From Acidobacteriota bacterium (GTDB taxonomy: Bacteria; Acidobacteriota; Terriglobia; Acidiferrales; UBA7541), in the NCBI GenBank assembly GCA_003131985.1, contig PKWH01000231.1, forward strand, positions 1 through 43,197: a stretch of DNA of 43,197 nt, written 5' to 3'. Below the pieces are notes generated by a model. That model made no database searches. It was not told the origin of the DNA and saw only the letters and a program-made list of their open reading frames with translations. The translations under genes and the position numbers were made by a program. Below, piece by piece: positions 42,552-43,197 of this stretch. Positions within the stretch are counted from its first letter, which is position 1. Every line of letters begins with the position of its first letter.

Positions 42552-43197
42552 TTGACTCCCGTTTATCAAATTTCTCCTCTCCAAGACCCGCGATGGGAGG
42601 AGTTTCTAGCCAGGCATCCTCGCTCGTCGGTGTTTCATACAACTGCTTGGCTCGATACGCTTCGGCGTACCTACGGTTACCAGCCAATCTGTCTCACAAC
42701 CTCTCCTCCGAGTGATCCTCTCCAAAACGGACTTGTGTTTTGTCGAGTGGAGAGCTGGATCACAGGCCGTCGGTTTGTCTCGCTGCCTTTTTCGGATCAT
42801 TGCGACTTTCTAATTAATACTCCAGCAAGCGTCCCAGCCCTGCTGGCTACTCTGGCGCGGGAGTGCGAGAAACAGAAACAAGCTTATGTTGAGATACGTC
42901 CACTTTGCCCGCCCGACGGGATTCAGCCATTTTTTAGCCCCACCGCGGCGTATTGCTTTCACGCGCTGAACCTCGAGCCAACCCTCGAGACTCTTTTCCA
43001 CAATTTCCATAAGGATTCCACGCAAAGAAAAATCAAACGCGCCGAACGCGAAAGGTTAACGGAGCAAGTGGGACGCTCCGAATCGATCCTTGAGAAGTTC
43101 TATCGTTTGCAGTTGCTTACGCGCCGTAGGCATGGTGTCCCGCCACAGCCCCGCAGCTGGTTTCGAAACATGATCGATTGTTTTGGTGAAGCGCTCC
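42552..43197 (+). CDS. FemAB/GNAT-like acyl(aminoacyl)transferase-family protein, 5' part (runs off the window)
   Basis: By hand translation this frame is open from the stop at 42525..42527 to the window end. It reads ..DPRWEEFLARHPRSSVFHTTAWLDTLRRTYGYQPICL...LPFSDHCD...FHKDSTQRKIKRAERE...RLQLLTRRRHGVPPQPRSWFRNM, which resembles the FemAB-related proteins of PEP-CTERM loci. The start is uncertain: TTG 42552 is my guess and there is no in-frame ATG. Confidence 0.5.
   Translation, partial: MTPVYQISPLQDPRWEEFLARHPRSSVFHTTAWLDTLRRTYGYQPICLTTSPPSDPLQNGLVFCRVESWITGRRFVSLPFSDHCDFLINTPASVPALLATLARECEKQKQAYVEIRPLCPPDGIQPFFSPTAAYCFHALNLEPTLETLFHNFHKDSTQRKIKRAERERLTEQVGRSESILEKFYRLQLLTRRRHGVPPQPRSWFRNMIDCFGEAL

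Noticed and set aside
1-43197. A search by eye for CRISPR arrays, tRNA/rRNA genes, transposases, integrases, toxin-antitoxin pairs or defence-system genes.
   Set aside because: - None was recognised.
- Every ORF longer than about 150 aa is accounted for by polysaccharide-related functions or antisense shadows.
- This is a visual survey only. tRNAscan, Infernal and an IS search were not run.

Overview
The window is almost entirely one large exopolysaccharide (EPS) locus, mostly on the + strand. It resembles the exosortase (XrtA/PEP-CTERM)-associated loci of Acidobacteriota-like bacteria, but that taxon call is inference from protein flavour only. No exosortase gene lies inside the window.

Gene order:
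- A partial secreted beta-propeller gene (-) and a PrsT-like TPR lipoprotein (-).
- A candidate sigma-54 promoter, followed by an export and chain-length module: truncated enhancer-binding-protein-like regulator, Wza-like exporter, outer-membrane beta-barrel, Wzz/GumC-like protein, ExeA-like ATPase and a BY-type tyrosine kinase.
- A conserved ~235-nt leader, then a NusG/RfaH-like antiterminator and the priming sugar-phosphate transferase.
- Sugar-modification, polymerase, flippase and glycosyltransferase genes, then rmlABCD.
- A GC-rich five-gene block at 29.4-34.6 kb.
- A sulfotransferase-fold gene (-), a CysQ/IMPase-family phosphatase and a terminator.
- A second copy of the conserved leader, then a DegT aminotransferase, an unknown protein, a polysaccharide deacetylase, an AsnB-like amidotransferase and a partial FemAB-like gene.

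Most interesting signal: the 29.4-34.6 kb block encodes, contiguously, all four enzyme families of the Campylobacter jejuni O-methyl-phosphoramidate (MeOPN) cofactor pathway plus a SAM methyltransferase.
- The Cj1415-like APS-kinase-fold kinase and the Cj1418-like glutamine kinase are fused into one 973-aa protein.
- A Cj1417-like class-I amidotransferase-fold hydrolase and a Cj1416-like nucleotidyltransferase follow.
- Next to the block sit a sulfotransferase-fold protein and a 3'-phosphatase-family protein. These are what one would expect for use and recycling of a PAPS-like 3'-phospho-nucleotide donor.
- I read this as a candidate phosphoramidate (or competing sulfate) decoration system for an EPS, outside the organism where the pathway is known.

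Secondary signals:
- An RfaH-ops-like GGCGGTAGC motif preceded by a conserved hairpin, at the 3' end of both leader copies.
- A diverged duplication of a gene junction flanking the lower-GC methyltransferase.
- A degenerate GGDEF-like domain with an RxxD motif on the priming transferase.
- A receiver-less regulator with a degenerate GAFTGA motif, sitting behind a canonical-spacing sigma-54 promoter.

I recognised no rRNA, tRNA, CRISPR array, transposase or integrase. All family calls come from motif recognition by eye and no searches were run.
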